In this document: one piece after another, positions 1 through 8,188 of the stretch | Numbering within the stretch: position 1 is the first letter of the stretch | How the letters are laid out: the number at the start of each line of letters is the position of its first letter | From: a virus | Taxonomy: Duplodnaviria; Caudoviricetes | Strand: one strand, 5' to 3' | IMG/VR virus record: IMGVR_UViG_3300022912_000001 | Span: 1 to 58,087 of that record | DNA length: 58,087 nucleotides | Translations under genes and position numbers: made by a program | The notes under the pieces: generated by a model | The model's input: only the letters and a program-made list of their open reading frames with translations | Databases searched by the model: none | What the model was told of the DNA's origin: nothing

Positions 1-92
1 GGCGCATAAAAGAATATGGCTACAGCAAGAGGGCGAGACTACTTGGTGTCAGGATAAAATTAACGATGATGATATTGAGTACGTTTTAGCCA
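1..92. repeat. Terminal direct repeat, left copy (circular assembly overlap)
   Basis: 1-92 (ggcgcataaa...ttttagcca) is identical to 57996-58087. Confidence 0.95.
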
Positions 93-292
93 CTCCCCCA
101 CAATCCCCAGAGGCGAAGATAGCGGAAGGGTTGGAAGCGTTGGTTAAAGATGGAGACATTGGTTATCTCATTTCTCTTGATGTCAGAAATAAGTTGATGG
201 AATCGAGAATAGAACATGAGCCTTATGAAATATCACTATTTATTGATGCCCTTTTAGCTGTCTGTGAAACCGATAAGGAGGAAGAGGGATGA
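1..292 (+). CDS. 3' part of the junction-spanning hypothetical protein starting at 57970
   Basis: Manual translation is open to TGA at 290-292, with ATGA overlap to the next gene. Confidence 0.8.
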   Translation, partial: AHKRIWLQQEGETTWCQDKINDDDIEYVLATPPQSPEAKIAEGLEALVKDGDIGYLISLDVRNKLMESRIEHEPYEISLFIDALLAVCETDKEEEG

Positions 293-489
293 AATTAAAA
301 GTAAGTTTAATGCGAAGATTCACGGCTCTTGGTGGCGATAAGAAGGGGCAGAAAGTTGGTCATATTGATGGCAAGTTTGAATATTCTGAAGATGAAATAT
401 TGGCATTAATCCTTGCAGACATAGACCCAACCAAACGCCACGATGATGATGAGTTTGAGTTGTGGCTCGATGCGGTCATACATGATTAA
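289..489 (+). CDS. Hypothetical protein (66 aa)
   Basis: ATGA-coupled start, purine-rich RBS. Confidence 0.7.
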   Translation: MKLKVSLMRRFTALGGDKKGQKVGHIDGKFEYSEDEILALILADIDPTKRHDDDEFELWLDAVIHD

Positions 490-517
490 CCCTAACCCCA
501 TAGAATCGGAGTGAGAG

Positions 518-997
518 ATGAATTTATTAAGAATACGAATTAAAGATGTACCACATGAAATACGAGACTTGTACGAAAAGCAAATAAAAGAGCGTGATGT
601 TATGGATGCAGGGTTTGACTTGTTCATCCCAGATACACATGTTCTATTAGGCTCAAGAACTTCAATTAAACTAGACCATAAAGTACAAATTGAATATTAT
701 AAAACTACACATCATGATGGAATACCAGTCAGCAAGCCATCACACATAATGATGATACCACGCTCAAGCATGAGTAAAACGTCTATTCGCCTTGCTAACT
801 CTGTTGGCCTTATAGATGCAGGATATAGAGGCAATCTCATGGCCTTTGTTGATAACTTAGGCAAGCAGAGAGATGTTGATGCAGGCACAGCTTTATTCCA
901 ACTAATAGTAGGAGAGAATTGTGAAATTCAAATCGTTGACACACTATCAGAATCAAAACGTGGAACTGGTGGCTTTGGTTCTACAGGGAATATTTAA
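518..997 (+). CDS. dut: Trimeric dUTPase
   Basis: Motifs AGFDL, PRSS, GLIDAGYRG, FQL, RGTGGFGSTG. Confidence 0.95.
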   Translation: MNLLRIRIKDVPHEIRDLYEKQIKERDVMDAGFDLFIPDTHVLLGSRTSIKLDHKVQIEYYKTTHHDGIPVSKPSHIMMIPRSSMSKTSIRLANSVGLIDAGYRGNLMAFVDNLGKQRDVDAGTALFQLIVGENCEIQIVDTLSESKRGTGGFGSTGNI

Positions 998-1202
998 AGT
1001 TCTTGTAATTACGCTTTTGTGTCTTATATTGACAGCATATCGAGAAAGCAATCAGTTACGAAAAGATATACTGAACCAGCAAAAGATATTTAATTCACGC
1101 ATAAACACACTCCAGAATACAAAATCTAGAATACATTATAAGAGTAATCTTAGACTAGCTATTAAAATAGCTAAAACTATGAGAGGAAATGTTGGTGGCT
1201 AG
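921..1202 (+). CDS. Possible small membrane protein; start uncertain
   Basis: Fills the gap between dut and the next gene; hydrophobic segment; overlaps dut by 77 nt. Confidence 0.35.
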   Translation: MKFKSLTHYQNQNVELVALVLQGIFKVLVITLLCLILTAYRESNQLRKDILNQQKIFNSRINTLQNTKSRIHYKSNLRLAIKIAKTMRGNVGG

Positions 1203-1608
1203 AACATTCTTTTTAGGTACATGTCCTCGGTGCGGGTTTACTAATGGGAAGCAACAAGACGACCCTACTAATGAACTGAACTCGCTCTGGGGACAACGTG
1301 GCGAATCTGCAAAGAAGTCGCTGAAGAAAGCCTCTGAGCTTATAGGGGCTAACATACCATCAGACAATACAGTAAAAGCTAAACTAGCATTCATGCACAA
1401 AATATCAGACATTAAAGACCCTGAGTTAATTCGTGGATTACAGCAATATATTAATTCAACTCATTGGCAAACAGGCAAGGGTTGGCACTACTTAGCGGCT
1501 ATTATTCGCAACGTAGGTCAGAACTCTGAAAGGTTTAAATATAACGAAAAGAAACGGATAGGCACTAGTCCTCCAGTAAGGAAACTTGATGGGAATGATG
1601 GAACGTAA
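1189..1608 (+). CDS. Hypothetical protein with CPRC motif; weak DnaD-like C-terminal motif
   Basis: GAGG RBS; CPRCG; YLAAIIRN. Confidence 0.6.
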   Translation: MLVARTFFLGTCPRCGFTNGKQQDDPTNELNSLWGQRGESAKKSLKKASELIGANIPSDNTVKAKLAFMHKISDIKDPELIRGLQQYINSTHWQTGKGWHYLAAIIRNVGQNSERFKYNEKKRIGTSPPVRKLDGNDGT

Positions 1609-1945
1609 ATATCAAGTAATAAACAACACATCATATCATATAGAAACACCAAGAGATTTATGTCTAATACTTGAAATACTGAGAAATGACAAAACGAGAA
1701 TAAAGCTAAATTATGGTGATGTAAAAACAGGAAAGTCATGGGAAGATAAATATGACATTACTGGAACAATAGGTCGTTCAACAGGAACATCTAAGATACC
1801 GCTATTGATTCATAATATTCGGTCATTAGGCGGTGGTGCAATACTAGACCATTGCATTATTGAAATAACTGAATCAAGAAAGCCGTATAGAAAATTCTAT
1901 ACCTGCAAAGCTTTACAACAAAAAAGGAAGTTAAACAATGATTGA
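1586..1945 (+). CDS. Hypothetical phage protein
   Basis: 119-aa ORF tiling the operon. Confidence 0.75.
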   Translation: MMGMMERKYQVINNTSYHIETPRDLCLILEILRNDKTRIKLNYGDVKTGKSWEDKYDITGTIGRSTGTSKIPLLIHNIRSLGGGAILDHCIIEITESRKPYRKFYTCKALQQKRKLNND

Positions 1946-2741
1946 TATTGCAAACTATGAAGATGTAATTTTTCCAGTAACAGAAGTACCAATACCTTTG
2001 CCACAAATGCCAAATAATTCATATATATTGGATTCTGGCTATGGCGATGATTCACAATTTAAAATGATAGTCAGGGAAGATACAGGAGAACCTATTTCCG
2101 TCATGTCTAAGGACTATCGCCTTGTAAGCAATCAGGACTTATTGATGGCTGCTTTACCTCACCTTAATAAGTTCGGTGCTGTAATGGCAAATGATGACCT
2201 TGAAATGCGGTCAAACCATGTGTTCGGCAATGCTCGCTCACAGTTTTCGTTTGACTTTCCCCTGAGTGAGATAGCAATAGCAAAGGGTGATGACCTTCAT
2301 CCACGCTTAACCCTCATCAATAGCTACGATGGTACAAAACGTGTAGGCTTTAAATACGGAGCCTTTCGCCTTGTATGTAGCAACGGAATGATGATAGGTG
2401 ATGCTAAGACTGAAACGTATATGCACATTGGAGCAAGGACTGAGCTTGATGACATTGGCAACATCATTGAACGTGCTGTTGGTAATATGCAAGAGATGCT
2501 TGGCGAGAAGTTCGGCCCACTGCTTGAGCAGAACCTTGAGATGCACAAAATCTCTAAACTCATTGAGATGTTTCCTAAAGTTCATCGTGGCCCAATGTAT
2601 GCTCAAATACAGTCTCAGAATGCATGGGATGTTTACAACGCAGTTACATTCATGACTACACATATGATGGACAGCAACAAAGAGTCCACACACAAACTAG
2701 AGAGTGATGCATACAGATTCATTAAAAGGAATGCTGCATAA
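1938..2741 (+). CDS. DUF932/DUF945-family protein
   Basis: VREDTGEPISVMSKDYRLVSN, NSYDGT, FRLVCSNG, WDVYNAVT motifs. Confidence 0.85.
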   Translation: MIDIANYEDVIFPVTEVPIPLPQMPNNSYILDSGYGDDSQFKMIVREDTGEPISVMSKDYRLVSNQDLLMAALPHLNKFGAVMANDDLEMRSNHVFGNARSQFSFDFPLSEIAIAKGDDLHPRLTLINSYDGTKRVGFKYGAFRLVCSNGMMIGDAKTETYMHIGARTELDDIGNIIERAVGNMQEMLGEKFGPLLEQNLEMHKISKLIEMFPKVHRGPMYAQIQSQNAWDVYNAVTFMTTHMMDSNKESTHKLESDAYRFIKRNAA

Positions 2742-3328
2742 TGGTCATAGATTACAAAAAGCTCTTTAAAGATGTTGTTTCTAAAGATGAGTATAAGCCA
2801 GCATTAATGCACCCTGCATATGATTGTAAGAATGATGTATTGGTTGCAACAAATGGTCACTTACTTGTAAAAGTCGCAAAAGTATCTAATGATTTGAAAA
2901 TTATAACTGATAGAGAAGATATTGCTATTATACCAATGAGAATATTTGAAATGTTACTTGAACTAAATAAACCATATAAAAAACTACCAAAAAGAGTACA
3001 CCATCTTCATATCGGTGGAGAAAAGGCAAATATCTGGCTAGATGAGGAACTTGTCTATGGTGAAAAGCTTATTGATGAACAATATCCACAATATAGTTCA
3101 GTTATTCCTGAGCCATATACAGGTACACCAGAAGTGTCTAGTGTGGGAATTAACCTTAAATACATGAAGGCGCTTGCAATGGCATTAAGCCAGGGCATTA
3201 GTCCATTGCATGTTGAGTTTAATTTTGCAAGAGAGATTGCACCAGTATTAATGTTTTGCGAAAGCTTTAATGTTAATTTCAATGTTGAACTTACAGTGTT
3301 GCTAATGCCAGTAAGGTTACATGACTGA
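2741..3328 (+). CDS. DNA polymerase III beta-clamp-like protein (truncated, 195 aa)
   Basis: LVATNGHLL, YPQYSSVIP, VGINLKYM and C-terminal LLMPVRL match DnaN domain motifs. Confidence 0.7.
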   Translation: MVIDYKKLFKDVVSKDEYKPALMHPAYDCKNDVLVATNGHLLVKVAKVSNDLKIITDREDIAIIPMRIFEMLLELNKPYKKLPKRVHHLHIGGEKANIWLDEELVYGEKLIDEQYPQYSSVIPEPYTGTPEVSSVGINLKYMKALAMALSQGISPLHVEFNFAREIAPVLMFCESFNVNFNVELTVLLMPVRLHD

Positions 3329-4133
3329 ACTAAAGCAGAAACAAGTCTTTGCCTATTTTGGGGGCAAACAAGGTGTTGCCTCTAAAATAGTTGCAATGAT
3401 TCCACCCCATACTCATTACATCGAGATGTTTGCAGGAGGGCTTGCGGTTTTCTTCCGTAAGCCCAATGCAACGTGGAGTTGTGTAAATGACTTAAACAAA
3501 GACATAGCAAACCTATATCTCTGCCTATCCATGCCGAAGGTCTTTGCTGAAGTAGCATGGAGACTCAAATGGCTTGTACAGTCAAGAGAGCTTTATGATA
3601 TTGCAGACCGAATGAGAAAAGTTGAAGAATTTAATATACCAAACATTGAACGTGCAACACTATATCTATTCTACATATCTAACTGCTTTAACCAGCGTAT
3701 AGGAACTGGCTTTAGTGACAAGTCCTCTAACTGGAATAGCGGTATAGCTGAACGCTTAATGGAATCACGTAAGAAACTTAACAACACTATAGTTGAAAAC
3801 TTAGACTATGTAAAGCTTGTTGATAAACACAAAGACAAAGAAAACTCATTTTGGTATGTAGACCCACCCTATTGGATAACAGGTAAAGTACCATATTACA
3901 AATTCAACTTTGGCAAAGAAGACCATGAAAAATTAAAAGAACAAATGGATGTACTTGACAAAGCTAATGCAAAGTTCCTAATAAGCTATGATGATATTCC
4001 AGAGATACGAGAACTATACAAAGACTACAATGTTAAACCCTTCATGGTGAGGTACGGTTCAAATAGCGTACTGAAGCAGGAACTCGCAATAAGCAACTAC
4101 GCTTTTGCTGAACAAGAAACCTTGGAGTTGTAA
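3321..4133 (+). CDS. Dam/D12-class N6-adenine DNA methyltransferase
   Basis: YFGGK, EMFAGGLAV (motif I), NDLN, YVDPPY (motif IV), ISYDD. Confidence 0.92.
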   Translation: MTELKQKQVFAYFGGKQGVASKIVAMIPPHTHYIEMFAGGLAVFFRKPNATWSCVNDLNKDIANLYLCLSMPKVFAEVAWRLKWLVQSRELYDIADRMRKVEEFNIPNIERATLYLFYISNCFNQRIGTGFSDKSSNWNSGIAERLMESRKKLNNTIVENLDYVKLVDKHKDKENSFWYVDPPYWITGKVPYYKFNFGKEDHEKLKEQMDVLDKANAKFLISYDDIPEIRELYKDYNVKPFMVRYGSNSVLKQELAISNYAFAEQETLEL

Positions 4134-4225
4134 TGAAATATATCAATATTGAAATCGGTACAAACCTCACAATAGTTATACTGTTTGTCATCTTCTTAAT
4201 TGCAGTAATTGTCTACCCATCATGA
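4133..4225 (+). CDS. 30-aa single-TM protein (MKYINIEIGTNLTIVILFVIFLIAVIVYPS)
   Basis: TAATG overlap with the MTase stop and ATGA overlap with the dnaB start; below ORF track cutoff. Confidence 0.7.
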   Translation: MKYINIEIGTNLTIVILFVIFLIAVIVYPS

Positions 4226-5517
4226 TACCACATAGTGAAGAATCAGAAAAAGCGGTAATTGGAGCTGTCCTTGTTGACCCTGTTGTATTTGAAGAGGTTG
4301 AGGGATGGCTTAGAAAGCCAGGCATATTTTACAAGAACAACAACAAGATTATATGGAACAGAATACGCACTATGGCCAAGGAGAACAAGCCCCTTGACCA
4401 AATTACTATATATGAAGAACTCAGAGAAAACAATGAAATTGAAAAAGCAGGTGGCGGTCTTTATTTAAGCAGTCTTGCTGAAATGACACCATCAACTGCC
4501 AATGCACAATACTATGCTAAAGTCGTATATCAGAAATATGTTCAGAGGCAAGTTCTTCAGACCAGTGCTGAACTACAGAAAATGTCAGAGGAAGGCTCTT
4601 TCTCCGATACCTCAGAATTACTAAACAAGCATGCACGATATATTAATGAATTACAGGATTTGCAACCAACACGAAAAGTTGAAATTGGTGACGTACTAGA
4701 TACATCCTTTGAGTCTATTATTACAAGTGATGACATTATTAAGTTCGGAATACCTGAACTCGATGACTTCGCTGGAGGTATGACGAGAGGTGAAATAACA
4801 GCATTAGGTGGCAGACCTTCACATGGCAAAACCACTCTTATGATTAACATTGTTGACAGTCTGCTTGCACAGGGCTTGACAGTTATGGTATTCAATAGAG
4901 AGATGCGTAATGCCGCAATGATAGAGAAGCTTGTTGCCTTGCGTGGTGACTTTAAATATAGTGAATTAAGACGGAAGAACTTTACTGAATCAGACGTTGA
5001 GAGGTTGAGTAAAATAAAAGAGCAATTCAAAATTAAATACAAAAACCTTATCATGTATGATGACGTAAGAGACTTAGATGAGTCTATTAGAGAAATTAAG
5101 AGATATAAGCCAGATGTTGTTATTGATGATTACATTCAATTAACCAAAGTTGACATTAATAAGAAAGACCGCAGATTTGAAGTAGAAGAAATCATGAATG
5201 AATACAAATGGGTTGCTAAGTCATTACACCTTGCAGTTATAGCTGTGAGTCAACTCTCAAGAGAGATTGAAAAGCGTATTGACCCTAAACCTAAGATGAG
5301 TGACTTCTCAGAATCTGGCTCAATTGAGCAGGTTGCAGAGACAGCATTGTTTGTATTCAGAGGTTATGTATTCAATAGCGATGACTATAGTGAATATGCT
5401 ATGGAACTCATTGTAGGCAAGTCACGTTACGGAAGGGTTGGCACTTATGAAGTAGGCTTTAACGGCAATAGGTGTAAGTTCTATCGTGATGAAGAGTCTG
5501 CAAGGAAGGCAGCATAA
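4222..5517 (+). CDS. dnaB: Replicative DNA helicase DnaB (SF4)
   Basis: PHSEESEKAVIG N-terminus, Walker A GRPSHGKT, IDDYIQL, SQLSR, ESGSIEQVA, KSRYG. Confidence 0.95.
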   Translation: MIPHSEESEKAVIGAVLVDPVVFEEVEGWLRKPGIFYKNNNKIIWNRIRTMAKENKPLDQITIYEELRENNEIEKAGGGLYLSSLAEMTPSTANAQYYAKVVYQKYVQRQVLQTSAELQKMSEEGSFSDTSELLNKHARYINELQDLQPTRKVEIGDVLDTSFESIITSDDIIKFGIPELDDFAGGMTRGEITALGGRPSHGKTTLMINIVDSLLAQGLTVMVFNREMRNAAMIEKLVALRGDFKYSELRRKNFTESDVERLSKIKEQFKIKYKNLIMYDDVRDLDESIREIKRYKPDVVIDDYIQLTKVDINKKDRRFEVEEIMNEYKWVAKSLHLAVIAVSQLSREIEKRIDPKPKMSDFSESGSIEQVAETALFVFRGYVFNSDDYSEYAMELIVGKSRYGRVGTYEVGFNGNRCKFYRDEESARKAA

Positions 5518-5912
5518 TGACTGTATCGTATACGTTAGCAATTAAAGATAAAGATGGAAAATATCATAGGCATGAAGTAAGTGCTGAAGTTTATTTATAT
5601 GTTAAACAACTTGAAGCATATATTAAACATCCTAATGATTCTAAATTACCTGAATTTTATGCAGATAGATTTGGATGGATTCCTACGATTACAAGACCAG
5701 TAAATAATGGTATTAAAGCAACTCTTGTAGGTGGGCCATATGATACAGACAAATGTTATGTACTAGATGTTCACTTTTTAATTCCAGTCACTAAGCGAAT
5801 GGAAGAATTACCACGAAAAATGCACTTTTACAAAAGCTTTGGAGAGCTAAGAGATGATTTCTCTGAGACATTTGAATATCAGGGAATAATTGATTGGCCA
5901 TCGAGTAAATAA
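5517..5912 (+). CDS. Hypothetical protein
   Basis: TAATG-coupled ORF, 131 aa. Confidence 0.7.
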   Translation: MTVSYTLAIKDKDGKYHRHEVSAEVYLYVKQLEAYIKHPNDSKLPEFYADRFGWIPTITRPVNNGIKATLVGGPYDTDKCYVLDVHFLIPVTKRMEELPRKMHFYKSFGELRDDFSETFEYQGIIDWPSSK

Positions 5913-5915
5913 TGC

Positions 5916-5944
5916 TTGTAAGTATAAGTATACTTAATTACATT
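5916..5944 (+). promoter_or_regulatory. Putative sigma70-type promoter
   Basis: TTGTAA-N17-TACATT in the only sizeable intergenic gap of this block. Confidence 0.45.
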
Positions 5945-5988
5945 AGAGGGTTAGCAGTCGCTTGTATACTTAAAAATAAGGTGTCAAT

Positions 5989-6246
5989 ATGACCTCAGAC
6001 CCTGTTTCAGACCTGAAATCGAGAGAATATCGCAGAATAAAGTCCTGGAGGGATGATAACCCCGACAAGATAAGACAGTACAATAGAGAATACTATTTAC
6101 GAAAAAAGAATGGCTTAGTTGAGACTAAACATACAGGCGATGATGCTTGCAGATGCGGAGGAAAACTCATCTTCTCCAGAAAGGTTGGTGATGACTACAT
6201 AATGAAATGTAAAACATGCCTAAAGACTAAGGTTGTAAATGGCTAA
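5989..6246 (+). CDS. Small basic protein with zinc-ribbon-like Cys motifs
   Basis: CRCG...CKTC; AAGGTG RBS. Confidence 0.7.
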   Translation: MTSDPVSDLKSREYRRIKSWRDDNPDKIRQYNREYYLRKKNGLVETKHTGDDACRCGGKLIFSRKVGDDYIMKCKTCLKTKVVNG

Positions 6247-6466
6247 ATTCTACAGTATAGAAGAAACGAAAGAAGATAAGACTTCAAAAGTATTCACAGA
6301 CATACCACCAATGCGTTTTGAAGAATGGAAACAAATACATCCTAATTATACAACTCATGTAGGGATAGACCCAGCCTCTGAACGTGGCGATGAGTCATGG
6401 GAATTAACTATACTGCAATGTTTAGATACAAGTGTACTATTCGTAAAGAAGGCTAGAAAATTATGA
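6239..6466 (+). CDS. Hypothetical protein
   Basis: Tiles the operon. Confidence 0.65.
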   Translation: MAKFYSIEETKEDKTSKVFTDIPPMRFEEWKQIHPNYTTHVGIDPASERGDESWELTILQCLDTSVLFVKKARKL

Positions 6467-6966
6467 GAAACATATATATAGGCATTGACAACGGTGTGAC
6501 AGGCTCGATAGGAGTCGTTAGCTCTGATGGTGATGCAATACAGATTAAAACGCCTGTGAAGAAAGAGCAGGATTACATAAAGAGTAAAACTCGAATCATT
6601 AAGCGAATAGACTTTATTGCCCTGTATGAATTTCTCAAACAATTTAAAGATGATGAGACTGTAAAGAATATTACTTGCAGACTTGAGCGACCAATGATAA
6701 ACAATAGATTCTTTCATACAGCCATAAGTGCCGCAAGGTCTATGGAAGCTACAATAAATGTACTAGAACTATTACAGATTCCTTACGACTACATAGATTC
6801 AAAAGAGTGGCAACGATACATGTTCCCAAAGGGAACTAAGGACACAAAAGTTGCCAGCAATACAATAGGGAAGCGGTTCTTTCCTACTGCAAACATACAC
6901 AGCCATGAGGACTTCGATGGAATACTTATTGCTGAGTACATGAAACGAAAGGATAACAATGGATAA
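6463..6966 (+). CDS. RuvC-like Holliday junction resolvase
   Basis: YIGIDNG (first acidic residue), LERP, W-x motif, DGILIAEY C-terminal helix. Confidence 0.8.
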   Translation: MRNIYIGIDNGVTGSIGVVSSDGDAIQIKTPVKKEQDYIKSKTRIIKRIDFIALYEFLKQFKDDETVKNITCRLERPMINNRFFHTAISAARSMEATINVLELLQIPYDYIDSKEWQRYMFPKGTKDTKVASNTIGKRFFPTANIHSHEDFDGILIAEYMKRKDNNG

Positions 6967-7171
6967 AATTACAGTTGCCCTTGGACAATTTCACAAAAAA
7001 TGTTACGACAGAATGGTATATAAAGAAGATGCAGGTGTAACTGGATGGGATAAGCCTGAAGAAGTTAGTGATGCAGAACTCAAGAAAATTCTAATTGAGA
7101 ACATGCAGGCTGGAGACTTCGTTGACGTTTCTAATATCGCAATGATACTAAACTATAGGCAGAGAATATGA
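6959..7171 (+). CDS. Hypothetical protein
   Basis: Tiles the operon; GWD...GDFVDVSNIAMIL motif. Confidence 0.7.
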   Translation: MDKITVALGQFHKKCYDRMVYKEDAGVTGWDKPEEVSDAELKKILIENMQAGDFVDVSNIAMILNYRQRI

Positions 7172-7440
7172 GCAATGACCAAACAGTAGGCAGGATTACA
7201 CAACTAGCAGACAAGCCAGCATTAGAACAAATTGAACAAGAGATTAAAGACTACGGAAAAACAGACCCTAAAATATATGAAAATACTATACCACAACCAC
7301 TAGCAGGATTTGTTAAAATTTCATTTTGTAGAGAATGTGGCTTTACTGGCCCAGAAGAAATCATTGGATGTGTCTGTGAGAATTGTGCAGACGACAAGCT
7401 AATACAAGCCGTACATAGAGGCGATGGGCAAGGTTTTTGA
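7168..7440 (+). CDS. Hypothetical protein with CxxC pairs
   Basis: CRECG...CENC. Confidence 0.65.
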   Translation: MSNDQTVGRITQLADKPALEQIEQEIKDYGKTDPKIYENTIPQPLAGFVKISFCRECGFTGPEEIIGCVCENCADDKLIQAVHRGDGQGF

Positions 7441-7627
7441 GTACGCAGTAGAGTATGCTTTAGAGTCTGGGAAAGACATTGAAAGCTTTGAAACCTCTGT
7501 TGCATTCAGTCGCCATATCGCACAAAGGTCAAGAGAACTTGAACGAATACCAATAAGAATTAGGAGGACAACACTTGAAGACTTTCATAAAAGACAAAGA
7601 CGGGAACAAGGTAATCCTCCACAATGA
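7424..7627 (+). CDS. Hypothetical protein
   Basis: GAGG RBS; tiles the operon. Confidence 0.55.
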   Translation: MGKVFEYAVEYALESGKDIESFETSVAFSRHIAQRSRELERIPIRIRRTTLEDFHKRQRREQGNPPQ

Positions 7628-7958
7628 TGGAATACATTTGAAGCTAAAGGGTGACCCAAGGCTTCGCAAAATCTTCACGTTTAATAGCGGAAGAATAACG
7701 AGAATGGTACCGACTAGCAATATCATGTTGCAAAATCGGGTCAAGGGGGGCATGATAGGGTTTAACTACCATGCCCTTACTTTGATTGCCACATCGGAAC
7801 TACTATCAAAAAAACCTATATTACTATTGATTGGCAAAAATAGATATGAAGTATCAGCAGATGATGTTATCGCAGAGAAGGAATTTCTCCACTTTAAGTC
7901 AGAAGGTGCTGAACTACAATGCTTCTATCCTATACTAAAGATGAATAAAATTAAATGA
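7575..7958 (+). CDS. Hypothetical protein
   Basis: AGGAGG upstream of a TTG start; 127 aa. Confidence 0.7.
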   Translation: MKTFIKDKDGNKVILHNDGIHLKLKGDPRLRKIFTFNSGRITRMVPTSNIMLQNRVKGGMIGFNYHALTLIATSELLSKKPILLLIGKNRYEVSADDVIAEKEFLHFKSEGAELQCFYPILKMNKIK

Positions 7959-8188
7959 CAAGATTCACGTTTATATCAGAAGTGCTATGGGAGAAAAACA
8001 TATCATGGCTATTCAGTATAATATCTATACGCATAAAATCAGATGCTGGCATGCAAAGGATTACAACCCTTGAATTTGCTGGCCTTGTAATACAACTTAC
8101 TTACAGATATAAGTCTGCTTTTGAAATCTCGATAAGAGGATACAAAGAGATTGGTGTGTCTCTTGTATTCCATCTTATTCATCACTAA
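7955..8188 (+). CDS. Hypothetical protein, last gene of the + arm
   Basis: ATGA-coupled start; 3' end overlaps the convergent gene. Confidence 0.55.
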   Translation: MTRFTFISEVLWEKNISWLFSIISIRIKSDAGMQRITTLEFAGLVIQLTYRYKSAFEISIRGYKEIGVSLVFHLIHH

